DNA of 64,000 nt from an uncultured virus (IMG/VR IMGVR_UViG_2029527006_000008) (taxonomy: Duplodnaviria > Heunggongvirae > Uroviricota > Caudoviricetes): positions 62,001 through 126,000 of the IMG/VR virus record IMGVR_UViG_2029527006_000008; one strand, written 5' to 3'. The translations under genes and the position numbers were made by a program. Below, piece by piece: positions 17,325-26,729 of the stretch. The notes beneath the pieces were generated by a model, which had not been told where the DNA came from, did no database searches, and was given only the letters and a program-made list of their open reading frames with translations. Every line of letters begins with the position of its first letter. Position 1 is the stretch's first letter.

Positions 17325-18623
17325 TTATCGGAACGCTTGATCCCAAGCCACTTTACTGTTCGACGTACCAGAGATGTGACTCGCCTTCATACGAAGAAGC
17401 ATAAAGACGGTCGCTGTGCGCGATACTGCTGCGGGTAAACGAGTAGCGGTCGCACCCAAGCCTTTACCTGCACAGGTCTTACAGTAGTCACCTTCACCAG
17501 TCAAGCAGAACTGCATCGCACGCATGGGAACAACTTTACCCTCATACTTGCTCCAGTTATCGTTGGTCAGCATTATGTCCTTGCCGTTGTCGATAACAAA
17601 GCAACCCAACCACAGTTTCTTGTTGGTTGGCCAGAGCATAATGAGTTCACCCTGCTTGCTACCACAGTTCTCTTCGACCACGCGCTTGGAGCCCATGATG
17701 CGCAGGATGTCTTTAACCCTTGCACCACCTTCACCCGTAGCTTTACCACGGTTGTATGCGCCTTCGATCGCGGTGTTGATGTAGTCCACCATGTGACGTG
17801 GATCCCAGCCTTTGGTCAGTGGATCAACCAGTGGTACCCAGCTGTTGGTTTCAGAGTTGAACTCGATACCAAACATAATGAACATACGTTTACGACAGTT
17901 GCTGACGTAGCTCTTGTCGATGTAGAACGTAGCCGACTCACCCTTCATCTGGATCTCATAATCCAGGTTAACGCACTGTTCAACGATGTCGTTGAATACC
18001 AGTGGGTCAGAGAGACGATCTTTGTTCTCTTTCAACAGGCGATTCTTGAGGTCGATAACCTCTTTGGAAACCGTCAAAGAATCTTTGGAGCCGCACTTCA
18101 CGATGGCGTAAAGAATACCTTCCAGGAAGTTAGCATTCTTGGAGATCTTTAATACGTCACGAACCGGCGCCTTACCTTCAGGAACCGATTCACCTTCAGG
18201 CGGGTCATCCACCATGATGTCACTGATCCAGTCACGAATCAAACCTGGGGTGAGTTCACGGTTCTGATAGGGAATGACATGACCCACAGCTTCATAGAAC
18301 ATCACCACGTTAAACAGGAAGATGCCAAACGTACTTTTCACCGCCTGCCCCTGTAACACAGGATGGAAGTCAGCAGTGAGGTCAATGGTGTCGGCCATGT
18401 TAAACACCGGTTCCAACACATCGCCTTCCAACGTTTGAACGTTACCTTCATGATCGTGGAACTTAAAGCTGTTGCCCTCAATCCATACCGCATAGGGGTG
18501 TGGAGAGAGAATGGCTTTCGACTCTTCGTCTTCAAAGCCAATAGTACAAACAGAAAGCAACCACTCTTTGCGCTTGTAAGCACGATGAGCAAAGGCTTCC
18601 CGTAAGAAATCAAACTTATTCAC
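17325..18623 (-). CDS. Virion RNA polymerase beta' middle subunit (phiKZ gp80-like)
   Basis: Bridge-helix-like GAYNRGKATGEGGARVK; zinc site MRAMQFC..GDYCKTCAG; trigger-like MKASH. Confidence 0.85.
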   Translation of the reverse strand: MNKFDFLREAFAHRAYKRKEWLLSVCTIGFEDEESKAILSPHPYAVWIEGNSFKFHDHEGNVQTLEGDVLEPVFNMADTIDLTADFHPVLQGQAVKSTFGIFLFNVVMFYEAVGHVIPYQNRELTPGLIRDWISDIMVDDPPEGESVPEGKAPVRDVLKISKNANFLEGILYAIVKCGSKDSLTVSKEVIDLKNRLLKENKDRLSDPLVFNDIVEQCVNLDYEIQMKGESATFYIDKSYVSNCRKRMFIMFGIEFNSETNSWVPLVDPLTKGWDPRHMVDYINTAIEGAYNRGKATGEGGARVKDILRIMGSKRVVEENCGSKQGELIMLWPTNKKLWLGCFVIDNGKDIMLTNDNWSKYEGKVVPMRAMQFCLTGEGDYCKTCAGKGLGATATRLPAAVSRTATVFMLLRMKASHISGTSNSKVAWDQAFR

Positions 18624-18625
18624 GC

Positions 18626-19534
18626 TTAGCTCCCGTTGGGTAAGTTAAGGGCTTTGACCATGGACTCGATGCGGATCTGTGCGGTGAGGTCATCAACACG
18701 TCCCTCGAAGTAACGCAGCAACGTTTCCTTAATACGGTCATCGTTGATCTCACTGATAAGGTGCAGCGAAATAACATCACGGCCGTATTCCAGGAAGCTG
18801 TCCAGCGTATCCTGGTTAAGCAGCTTGTTGAGTTCTGGTGCAAAGAAGTTCAGGTACGTCTCTACAGGCGAACCTAAGCCACCGCCGTTGCGCACGTGCT
18901 GATAGCCCAGTGAACCATCCAGTAGTGCCTTAGCACCTACTACACGCTTGATAATGGCGTCTGGCGGAACATCCTGGTTATCCTGTCCGGTGAGTGAATC
19001 AGAGATCGCATTCAGCGTCACTTCTGATACGTCGTCAATCACGCATTCCAGTTCAGAGATGTCAGGTTCTTCTTCATCACGCATGGCTTTGGTAAACGCA
19101 TTGATAAAGCGATACTTGGGGTGAGAGTCCGTGGCCTGCAGCTGAGGATAGATGGTTGAGAGGCTGTCTTCGATTAAAGGCGCCACAAAAAAGAAGTCCG
19201 CAATTTCACACAGCAGCTTGAGATGGTCAAGTTCTAAATAATCATTATTTAGCGTGACGCCCATCTTATTGATGATGTCCCTTATGTTGTCGTAAATAAT
19301 TTTACGTAAGGCCATACTGCGCATGCCGGCATCGAGCTGCTCATCTACCACAAGCTCAACGATTTGCGTACTAACCAGAGATTCAGGAAACGCGCGAAAG
19401 ATAATCGCGAGTCCTTCTTCAAAGAGTTCAACGTGCGGTTCGGGAATAGTTTCCATGAACTCGTTCCAAACGTTACCGCAATGATCGATTACCAATTCTC
19501 TGTTTACCAGAATGGTATTGTTCACCACTGTCAT
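18626..19534 (-). CDS. Conserved hypothetical protein co-transcribed with vRNAP beta'-M
   Basis: 302-aa ORF with an AAGG RBS, ending 2 nt before the downstream gene. Confidence 0.7.
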   Translation of the reverse strand: MTVVNNTILVNRELVIDHCGNVWNEFMETIPEPHVELFEEGLAIIFRAFPESLVSTQIVELVVDEQLDAGMRSMALRKIIYDNIRDIINKMGVTLNNDYLELDHLKLLCEIADFFFVAPLIEDSLSTIYPQLQATDSHPKYRFINAFTKAMRDEEEPDISELECVIDDVSEVTLNAISDSLTGQDNQDVPPDAIIKRVVGAKALLDGSLGYQHVRNGGGLGSPVETYLNFFAPELNKLLNQDTLDSFLEYGRDVISLHLISEINDDRIKETLLRYFEGRVDDLTAQIRIESMVKALNLPNGS

Positions 19535-19568
19535 ACAGTTAACCTTTTTATTTAAAGAGAGTCATAAC

Positions 19569-20273
19569 ATGACCAAGAAATTAAGCAGCAAAATGCAGGC
19601 CAAGCACTTAAAGAAACGTAGCGAACGTGCCGCCAAGAAAAGCGCACCGAAAACCGAAACAGCTCAGGCACGTATTCGTCGCGAACGTCTTGAACGCTAT
19701 ACCAATGGCGCCGTAGCTGGTCTGCTGGCGCGCGGACAGGTGATTAATGGTCGTGAACTCTCGATTGATGAAGTCATGAAAATGATTAATCACACCATCG
19801 AAGTTGACGCCGGTGTTGGGTCTGTGGTTGAAACCATGGAGATCCTGGAGCGCGAAGGCAAGTTGGTGATCTCCGAAGAGCTGCGCGCTACCATCGACCA
19901 GTTTGATGAAGACGTGGTGAAGTTCAACGAAAACGCCCAAACCATCAGCATTGTGCTGCAAGGCGAAAACAACCTGCTGGGGCTGCCGCCGGAACTGTTG
20001 ATGGATACCGGCTTCCGCTCTGAACGTCTGATCACTGAAATCTGTCCGAAAATCATGGCAGAAGCCACACCGTTCACCGAACTGGTAAACACCTACCAGA
20101 AAGAACACTATCCGCAACAGAACTACCGCAAGGTAATGTTCAACGTTGCCCTTACTCGCCTGGCGCGCATCACGCCTAAGTACGCTACGCCGGCTAACGT
20201 CGACGCAGAAGAAGTACTGGGTGACGAAGCTGCTGAAGCGCACGCTGTACTGAACGATAAAGAGGAAGCATAA
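19569..20273 (+). CDS. Hypothetical protein with a basic N-terminus
   Basis: ATG 19569 after GAGAG; biased codons; TAATG coupling to the next gene. Confidence 0.7.
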   Translation: MTKKLSSKMQAKHLKKRSERAAKKSAPKTETAQARIRRERLERYTNGAVAGLLARGQVINGRELSIDEVMKMINHTIEVDAGVGSVVETMEILEREGKLVISEELRATIDQFDEDVVKFNENAQTISIVLQGENNLLGLPPELLMDTGFRSERLITEICPKIMAEATPFTELVNTYQKEHYPQQNYRKVMFNVALTRLARITPKYATPANVDAEEVLGDEAAEAHAVLNDKEEA

Positions 20274-22000
20274 TGTCTGACAACCTGGAAGAGCGCATGG
20301 CAGCTGCTGCAGCCGAGCACCAGAACACACCCGCGCCTGCACCGAAAAAGCCGGTAACGCCGCAAGACGTGCAAACTGCGGATACCACGCTGGCGCATGA
20401 AATCCTGAAGCCGAAGTCGCAGGCTCAAGGTCAGTTCGACATGAACGATCCTAACCAGACCTGGGTCAATGGTTTTATCGGTCTGAACAAAGAATCCTAC
20501 GAACGTGTGGGTAATGAGCAAGAGCTGTGGCAGAATTACACCGCCGCCAAGCAGATGGCTCAGATGAATGACAAGCAGTTGCAGAAAGAAGGCATTACTC
20601 GCAGTCAGATTCAGGCGCAGATCGCCGCCTGGGAAGAGTACGTTGCAGAACGCATGCCGGACATCGATCTCAAAGAAGCCGACGCGCGTCAGATGACCAT
20701 CTATTCCTTTATTACCAATCTGGGTGATCCTCTGCTGCTGCACTATCCGGTTGTGCGCGAGCCGGGTCTGACCAACCAGATGCAACGCACCACTGATATC
20801 GCCACCGGTGACATCAACGGTCTGGTGCCGAGTCGTGATCGTGGTACTTTTAAACTCAGTGAATACATGCGCCGTACTTCGCTGAGCGTCAGTAATGACC
20901 CGTACAACTACGATCTGCTGCTGCGCAACTCCTACATGGCGTTCCGCTATGCCAAGCCTGGTCGTCTGGAAGCTGGTGAGCTGATTGACAAAATTGCACG
21001 TTCAGTGCGTGGCCACGTGCGTACGGTTTCCCAGAACCTGCCTGCGCTGGCCAACATCGCCGCCATTCGTGTGGTGTGGCAGTTCATCCGTGACAAAATC
21101 ATTATGTGCAGCGTCAAAGACACTTCTGACTTCGACGAGCTGGCAGACGTGATTCGCATCACGGACATCAACACCATGGCGTGTTCGCTGCTGGAACTGT
21201 TCTACCCGCACGGGGTTAACTTCAACCTGCGCTGCCTGGGTTCAGAAAGCTGCGACTGGACCCGTCAGGACGTCATTGACCCAACCCTGTTGGTGATTGA
21301 CCGTAAATGGCTGGATACACCGGAAGAGTCTGCGGCTTACGCCAACATGATGAACTTCTCTCGCAAGTATTCTCGCGAAGAGTCGCTGGAGTTCATTGAC
21401 AAGGCGGACTTCAAGCACGAGATCGAACCGGTGTGGAACGAAAACCGTAGCGCTTGCTTCATCCTTGGCGTACCGTCGCTGACAGAAAGCTTTGAAGCAG
21501 AAGCCTTCTTCAGTGATGTGGTGCAGAAAGAGCTGAACAAGATCCGTGAACAGGCGATGACCGAAGAAGAGTATTTCGGTAAACGCGAAGAGTTCCTGAA
21601 CGGTCTGGTGGGGACGGACTACCTGCACTATGTGGCTGAATACCGCATCATGCCGCCGGCAAACACCGATGGTCAGCCGGTGATCATTCGTCGTCGTGAA
21701 CAAGACCCTACGCAGTTTAACCAGGGTATTATGGACATCATCATGGATAACGACGTGATGGCGACCAACCTGGTACAGGCCGTGATCAAGCACTATCCGT
21801 TCATGTCCAAAACGTTTGTGGGTCTGGCGAACTACGCGTGTGAGAAATGTGGTAGTCATTCGGATGCGTACGATGACCTGGGTTATACGCCTATCAACAT
21901 CATGTCGGCGTTTTTTACCCTGGCCAACCTGACGTATACTGGACGGTCGAAGGTTGGCGAGAATGCAAGGCAAGAAGCCCTCTCGGCACTTTCTCAATAG
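20273..22000 (+). CDS. Conserved protein with Cys pairs, possible baseplate-hub assembly chaperone (T4 gp26-like; phiKZ gp77-like)
   Basis: 575 aa; DINTMACSLLELFYPHGV..CLGSESC and a C-terminal CEKC. Confidence 0.45.
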   Translation: MSDNLEERMAAAAAEHQNTPAPAPKKPVTPQDVQTADTTLAHEILKPKSQAQGQFDMNDPNQTWVNGFIGLNKESYERVGNEQELWQNYTAAKQMAQMNDKQLQKEGITRSQIQAQIAAWEEYVAERMPDIDLKEADARQMTIYSFITNLGDPLLLHYPVVREPGLTNQMQRTTDIATGDINGLVPSRDRGTFKLSEYMRRTSLSVSNDPYNYDLLLRNSYMAFRYAKPGRLEAGELIDKIARSVRGHVRTVSQNLPALANIAAIRVVWQFIRDKIIMCSVKDTSDFDELADVIRITDINTMACSLLELFYPHGVNFNLRCLGSESCDWTRQDVIDPTLLVIDRKWLDTPEESAAYANMMNFSRKYSREESLEFIDKADFKHEIEPVWNENRSACFILGVPSLTESFEAEAFFSDVVQKELNKIREQAMTEEEYFGKREEFLNGLVGTDYLHYVAEYRIMPPANTDGQPVIIRRREQDPTQFNQGIMDIIMDNDVMATNLVQAVIKHYPFMSKTFVGLANYACEKCGSHSDAYDDLGYTPINIMSAFFTLANLTYTGRSKVGENARQEALSALSQ

Positions 22001-22020
22001 AGACTGATCAGTACCGAGCA

Positions 22021-22437
22021 ATGATACGTGGTTTGGTGGGGAAAGACACCCGCCACGTTTCTCGAGATAAGATGATCCTTAACATGCGGTTGATGTACCA
22101 AGTCCGTATGGGATATATCGATCTGGAGAAACCCACTGCGTTTCAGTCGATTGCCTATTCTCCCGAAGAGCATGTGTATGACCACGACTTGTCTATCCGC
22201 TCGATAGGTCGTGGTTTTGCGGTTAAGAAAATCAAAGACCACATGCCTTTGGAGCTTTACCTCAAACTCCCACACGGTCACTCTGAGCAGTTATTAGAGG
22301 GAATGATGATGGGAGAAGAGGAGCGCGTTGAGTTGGAAAAAGCCGCCGCGGAAGAACACAACCGTCAGGAAGAACTCAGCAAGCAAAAAGCCGCCCAAGG
22401 TTTCAACGATATCCACGAACAAAACACCAATCAGTGA
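22021..22437 (+). CDS. Hypothetical protein (138 aa)
   Basis: ORF in the operon; motif MPLELYLKLP followed by a coiled-coil tail. Confidence 0.65.
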   Translation: MIRGLVGKDTRHVSRDKMILNMRLMYQVRMGYIDLEKPTAFQSIAYSPEEHVYDHDLSIRSIGRGFAVKKIKDHMPLELYLKLPHGHSEQLLEGMMMGEEERVELEKAAAEEHNRQEELSKQKAAQGFNDIHEQNTNQ

Positions 22438-22452
22438 GGGCTTCGGCCCTCA
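22435..22452 (+). terminator. UUCG-loop hairpin
   Basis: TGAGGGC-TTCG-GCCCTCA, then TTGATTTT. Confidence 0.6.
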
Positions 22453-22455
22453 TTG

Positions 22456-22463
22456 ATTTTATG
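22456..22463 (+). promoter_or_regulatory. Putative late promoter ATTTTATG
   Basis: One of six intergenic copies; contains the phiKZ late TATG motif. Confidence 0.55.
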
Positions 22464-22491
22464 TCACGTTTTCCCCCCTAATGAGGTTTAT

Positions 22492-23058
22492 ATGAAGAGC
22501 GATACCTATAACGCGCCGGTTATCGAGGAGTTGGCTCAGGCACAGACTCCTGAAGTCGAGCCCGTCCAGACGCCTGTGGTAATCAAAGCCATTGCGCAAG
22601 ATGTAGATAAAACCAGCAACGAATCTTTCTGGCGTGGTGAAGTGGATAAATACTTCCGCTACCTGGCCGGCGAGCGTGGCTACAAGAACGACGCAGAGCG
22701 CATCAAAGACAACATCGCCTTTATGCAGCGCACGGGTACCATGCTGTCCTACTCTTATCCGGAGTTTGAAGACTGCATGCTGTACCTGATTCAGAAGATG
22801 CGTAACGAACCCACAGCCACTGCTGATGGACGTTTCTTCCGCTATCTGGAGAACTGTGAGCTCTCCTATTCCCACGCTGCGCTGGGACAGTACCGTATGC
22901 TCATGAGCTTCTGTATCAAGATTGCTCGCTGCTGGCCGACTCGCGTCAAGCTGGCGCGCGCAACGGATATTCAGAGCATGATCGCCGGTATGCGTGCTGA
23001 AGCCAAAGACAACCTGGAAATGTTTGTCCGCAAAATGGCCAACTACGCTATCCAATAA
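22492..23058 (+). CDS. Conserved hypothetical protein, possibly virion-associated
   Basis: GAGG RBS before ATG 22492; preceded by the late motif. Confidence 0.7.
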   Translation: MKSDTYNAPVIEELAQAQTPEVEPVQTPVVIKAIAQDVDKTSNESFWRGEVDKYFRYLAGERGYKNDAERIKDNIAFMQRTGTMLSYSYPEFEDCMLYLIQKMRNEPTATADGRFFRYLENCELSYSHAALGQYRMLMSFCIKIARCWPTRVKLARATDIQSMIAGMRAEAKDNLEMFVRKMANYAIQ

Positions 23059-23073
23059 GTAACGTGCATAAAC

Positions 23074-23103
23074 CCTACCTCTACCCCTGCGGGTAGAGGT
23101 AGG
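23074..23103. terminator. Hairpin between convergent genes (repeat family member)
   Basis: CCTACCTCTACCC-CTGC-GGGTAGAGGTAGG. Confidence 0.75.
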
Positions 23104-23115
23104 TAATGCTTTCTT

Positions 23116-24882
23116 TTATTCTCCGATTTCCATGTCTTCTTCTTCCAGTGATTTCATGAACTTCGGCATCAGTTCCTGCTTCACTAAGATTTCTTCAAAC
23201 TTCTCAACCACGGTATCGTAGCTCGGGAAGTTAAAGAGCTCTTCACACAACATCACCGCATTCGCTTCTGGACTGCTGGCATAGTTCACCGCAATCTCAC
23301 GCTGCTTCAACGGATCCTTGCCCTGGATACGACAGACTTCAATCTGTGTGGTGTAGTTCGATACGTTCTCTGTTACCGTTGCATACGGATATGCCCCTGC
23401 TACGTCGACGTCCGATACCGCAGAACGACCATTACTGTAAACGTCGTACAGACCATCAAACAGAATATAACCTTTACTGGCGTTCTTCTCGGTTTCCAAC
23501 AAGGCAATCCAGTCACCCAATGTCGGCAACATGTCATTGAACTCGTTCTTGCCACCACCCGCACAACCCCACACATAACCGTTGTCACGCGCAATGTACG
23601 CCAGTGCATCGGAGATGATACGTGGTTGACTCGGATAGTTAAAGTACTCCGAGGCTTTGGTCAACAGCGGGAACGACATAGACAGATCCAGCGTCTTGTC
23701 ATTCAGATCTTCAATAACCCAGTTATCCTTGATGTTGTACATCGCATAGATAAACTTGTGGTTCTTCTGCATGTAACGGTGCCAGTCAGCTTTACCCTCG
23801 ATAAGGTGACTGCCCTCATCGGTATAAAGTTTACCGTCAACCCCTTCACGCTTGGCACATTCGTTCAAACCATAAGAGTCCAGCTTACCGCCTGGTGCGC
23901 GTTTAATGGCATAGAAGCTCATGAAGTCAAGCCACTGCCATTTCGCCATTGAGCGAATCGTTGGGAACTTCTCTTGCGGCTCTAACGGTGTCTTGTCACC
24001 ATTCTCCTTGATCTTGTGCGTGCGACCACGATCCAGACGATAGTGCGTAAACTCATCAGGAATGCTTGGGTCACAGTAGATACGTTCCAGAGGACGACCA
24101 TCTGCGTTTAAGCCCTGTTCGTTTTTCTCCATATCGTACGTGGCGTTCCACGAAGCCACTAAGTCAGGACTCCATTCATGGAAACGCTTAATGCAGTTCT
24201 CAATGACTTGACCCGGTGTGTCGAAGATACCGTACTCAAACACCGTGATCTTACGAGCCATCTTTTCTTCTTTGAATCGCTTCTCTTCTTCCTCAGCTAA
24301 GCCGGTTAAGATCTCTTCATCAGTTAACCCGTTCCACCATGAACGCACCGTTGCAAAGTAGACCTTGTCACGCATGGTAACCGAGGCCATCATTACTGGC
24401 TCGCCTTTCTTCTCCATGTCGGTTTCAACGTCGTATGCGGCTACGCTGTAACGCTCGGTTTGCTGGTACTCTTCATACTTATCAAAGAAACGCTGCTTGA
24501 TAAACACCGGTGCTGACTGGTCACAACCAAACACATAGGGGTTGGTTAATACCTGACGCAGGTTAGCTTTAGGATCCGGAGAACCGTGCAGAACTTTGGT
24601 GATCATGTAAGCGAGCTTGGCGGTATTACTTTTGAACTGCTTACACTTCTTGGCTTCGATGTAATCTTTTTGCTGTTTAAACTTACGGTGCTCTGGTTTA
24701 ACAATCCAGAACGGCTGTTGGAAATTCTTAATTAGCGAGTAATCTTCACTGCGACTACCGTCCGCGTGTACGTTGGTTATTTTAATTGCGGTTAGGTCGT
24801 CGAAGCGCTCGGCTTTACTGAAACCCTGGTGAACGTGTTTACATACACGCCCCACGATGGGTGATTTAACTTTCTCTGCCAT
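23116..24882 (-). CDS. Split family-B DNA polymerase, N-terminal subunit (3'-5' exonuclease plus motif A; phiKZ gp82-like)
   Basis: ExoI YDVET, ExoII SWNATYD, ExoIII YNIKD, PolB motif A DVDVAGAYP. No motif B (KxxxNSxYG) or motif C (YGDTDS). Confidence 0.85.
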   Translation of the reverse strand: MAEKVKSPIVGRVCKHVHQGFSKAERFDDLTAIKITNVHADGSRSEDYSLIKNFQQPFWIVKPEHRKFKQQKDYIEAKKCKQFKSNTAKLAYMITKVLHGSPDPKANLRQVLTNPYVFGCDQSAPVFIKQRFFDKYEEYQQTERYSVAAYDVETDMEKKGEPVMMASVTMRDKVYFATVRSWWNGLTDEEILTGLAEEEEKRFKEEKMARKITVFEYGIFDTPGQVIENCIKRFHEWSPDLVASWNATYDMEKNEQGLNADGRPLERIYCDPSIPDEFTHYRLDRGRTHKIKENGDKTPLEPQEKFPTIRSMAKWQWLDFMSFYAIKRAPGGKLDSYGLNECAKREGVDGKLYTDEGSHLIEGKADWHRYMQKNHKFIYAMYNIKDNWVIEDLNDKTLDLSMSFPLLTKASEYFNYPSQPRIISDALAYIARDNGYVWGCAGGGKNEFNDMLPTLGDWIALLETEKNASKGYILFDGLYDVYSNGRSAVSDVDVAGAYPYATVTENVSNYTTQIEVCRIQGKDPLKQREIAVNYASSPEANAVMLCEELFNFPSYDTVVEKFEEILVKQELMPKFMKSLEEEDMEIGE

Positions 24883-24898
24883 CTGCTATAGCCTCGAC

Positions 24899-24906
24899 AT
24901 TTTATG
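24899..24906 (+). promoter_or_regulatory. Putative late promoter ATTTTATG
   Basis: Intergenic, upstream of the virion operon starting at 24960. Confidence 0.6.
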
Positions 24907-24959
24907 TTCAATTCAAACTATGTAATATCCTTCTCAGTAATAAAATAAGGAAACTCTCC

Positions 24960-26309
24960 ATGTTCGGTATCGAATTTTTACGACAGGGGAAATTGTCGGG
25001 GTTAGAGTTCATGGACTTCGTGACCAGCAATTTCGCCGAAGAATTAACCGCAGCAATTGAACCCCATGTTACCGAACGTGATGGCAGTGCTTTGCTAAAT
25101 GGTTCGGTAAAAGAAGCGATCCTGCCAGTGATCGAAAAGTACTGCGGGTTCAACAACATCACCGTAGAGATGATGGATTTTGCCAACTTCATGGTTGACG
25201 TGGGTTATCTCTCACCTGGCAATATTCTCAATATTAAAAATATTGAAAACTGGCTTGACGTCACTGAAAGTACGCTTAGTCAGTGGTACGCCAAGAACAA
25301 AGGAAAGATGTTCAAAGGAACCATCGACTACCGCACCGGCAAGGTGGGTGGGGCTTATGCCGAGATGCCTATCAAGCTTTATCTGGGTCGTCCGGTTGGT
25401 GACATCTTCAAGAAAGAAGAAGTGCAGAAGCTGAAGATCAGCATCTCTGAAATGATCGCCGGTTGTATTGCTCACGAGATGGGTCATTGCTTCTCTGCGT
25501 GTTCTACTGTTGACACTGCCGCTAACGACAACTTCGTTATGCGTGGCGCGCTTTCTGCGCTGGGTGCTGCTAACACCAAAGAGAAACGTGTGGCTGTCAT
25601 CCGCAATACCGCTGTGCTGTTAAACAGCAGCGTAGAAACTCGTGATGCCGTGGAAGCCATGGCCGAAGATGCTGACCGCGTTAACGATATCGTAATCTAT
25701 TTCAACGCCTTGATTTCCCGTCGCAATACGCGTCGTGCATTGAGCCTGGGTGTAGATCAGATGTCGTCTGAAGTTCTGGCTGATATGTATGCGATCCGCA
25801 TGGGCTTTGACCGCGGCATTACTGCAACGCTGAAAGTGTTTGCACAGAGCCGTGTACCCAGTATCGCTCAGAGCACCGCAGTGATTTGCCTGGTAATTGC
25901 CATGGCGTTCCTGCAAGTGTTGGTGATTGCTCCGGCACTCTACCTGGCTATTATGGCGGCAAGTTTCCTGGGGACGTTTGTATTTGTTTACGGGGTGATG
26001 AATTACTCCGGTGACTACAACAGCCCGTTCCGTCGCTTTGAAGATGCTGTGCGTCAGATGATCGCCAAGCTGAAAGAAGTTGATATGCCGGCTAAAGAAC
26101 GTCTGGAATTTGCCGAGCGTGCCGCCGTACTGTTAAAACAGTGCGCAGAATTTCGTCCACTGATTTCTGGTACTGTGTTTGATCGTCTGCTGGGTCGTAT
26201 CATTCAGGGCAGCGACTTCAAATACCAGGAGTTCGAACATTTCACTCAGGTCATCGCGAACAACGAGATGGAAATCCTGAACGTCAAAATTGCTAACTTG
26301 TCCGCATAA
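24960..26309 (+). CDS. Virion/head protein with an HExxH zinc-metalloprotease motif and transmembrane segments
   Basis: IAHEMGHC, third-ligand motif SEVLADMYA, and a long hydrophobic stretch AVICLVIAMAFLQVLVIAPALYLAIMAASFLGTFVFVYGV. Confidence 0.7.
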   Translation: MFGIEFLRQGKLSGLEFMDFVTSNFAEELTAAIEPHVTERDGSALLNGSVKEAILPVIEKYCGFNNITVEMMDFANFMVDVGYLSPGNILNIKNIENWLDVTESTLSQWYAKNKGKMFKGTIDYRTGKVGGAYAEMPIKLYLGRPVGDIFKKEEVQKLKISISEMIAGCIAHEMGHCFSACSTVDTAANDNFVMRGALSALGAANTKEKRVAVIRNTAVLLNSSVETRDAVEAMAEDADRVNDIVIYFNALISRRNTRRALSLGVDQMSSEVLADMYAIRMGFDRGITATLKVFAQSRVPSIAQSTAVICLVIAMAFLQVLVIAPALYLAIMAASFLGTFVFVYGVMNYSGDYNSPFRRFEDAVRQMIAKLKEVDMPAKERLEFAERAAVLLKQCAEFRPLISGTVFDRLLGRIIQGSDFKYQEFEHFTQVIANNEMEILNVKIANLSA

Positions 26310-26318
26310 GGAACCATT

Positions 26319-26729
26319 ATGTCACACTTAGATCACATTGTCCGCGTTAAACAAAAGCTCGCTGAGTTAGGCATCACCTGTCCTTTCAAACAGCGCGGTA
26401 TCATTGATAACGCGTTTAAAGACGCACTGGTTGCGCACCACTTTGCCGTGAACCCGACGTTCAGTCTGACCGACAAAGAACGCGATGTTTATCGCACGCA
26501 GCTCGATCGCTGGAACAACGTTTCTCCGGTGGGCTACGAAGCGATCTACTCTGGCGTGATTGCTACCCTGAACCTGATGTATGGCTCACTGCGTTCTACC
26601 GGCCGCGTCTCTTCTAGCTCTATTAACTTGGAACTGGAAACAGAGATCGCCACGCCGCTGGAAAGCGAGCAGTCCTACAAGGACCTGGTGTCTTACCTTG
26701 TTCAAGAGGTGAAAAAGGCACATGAATAA
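26319..26729 (+). CDS. Small virion-operon protein
   Basis: TAAGGA RBS; 136 aa. Confidence 0.75.
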   Translation: MSHLDHIVRVKQKLAELGITCPFKQRGIIDNAFKDALVAHHFAVNPTFSLTDKERDVYRTQLDRWNNVSPVGYEAIYSGVIATLNLMYGSLRSTGRVSSSSINLELETEIATPLESEQSYKDLVSYLVQEVKKAHE

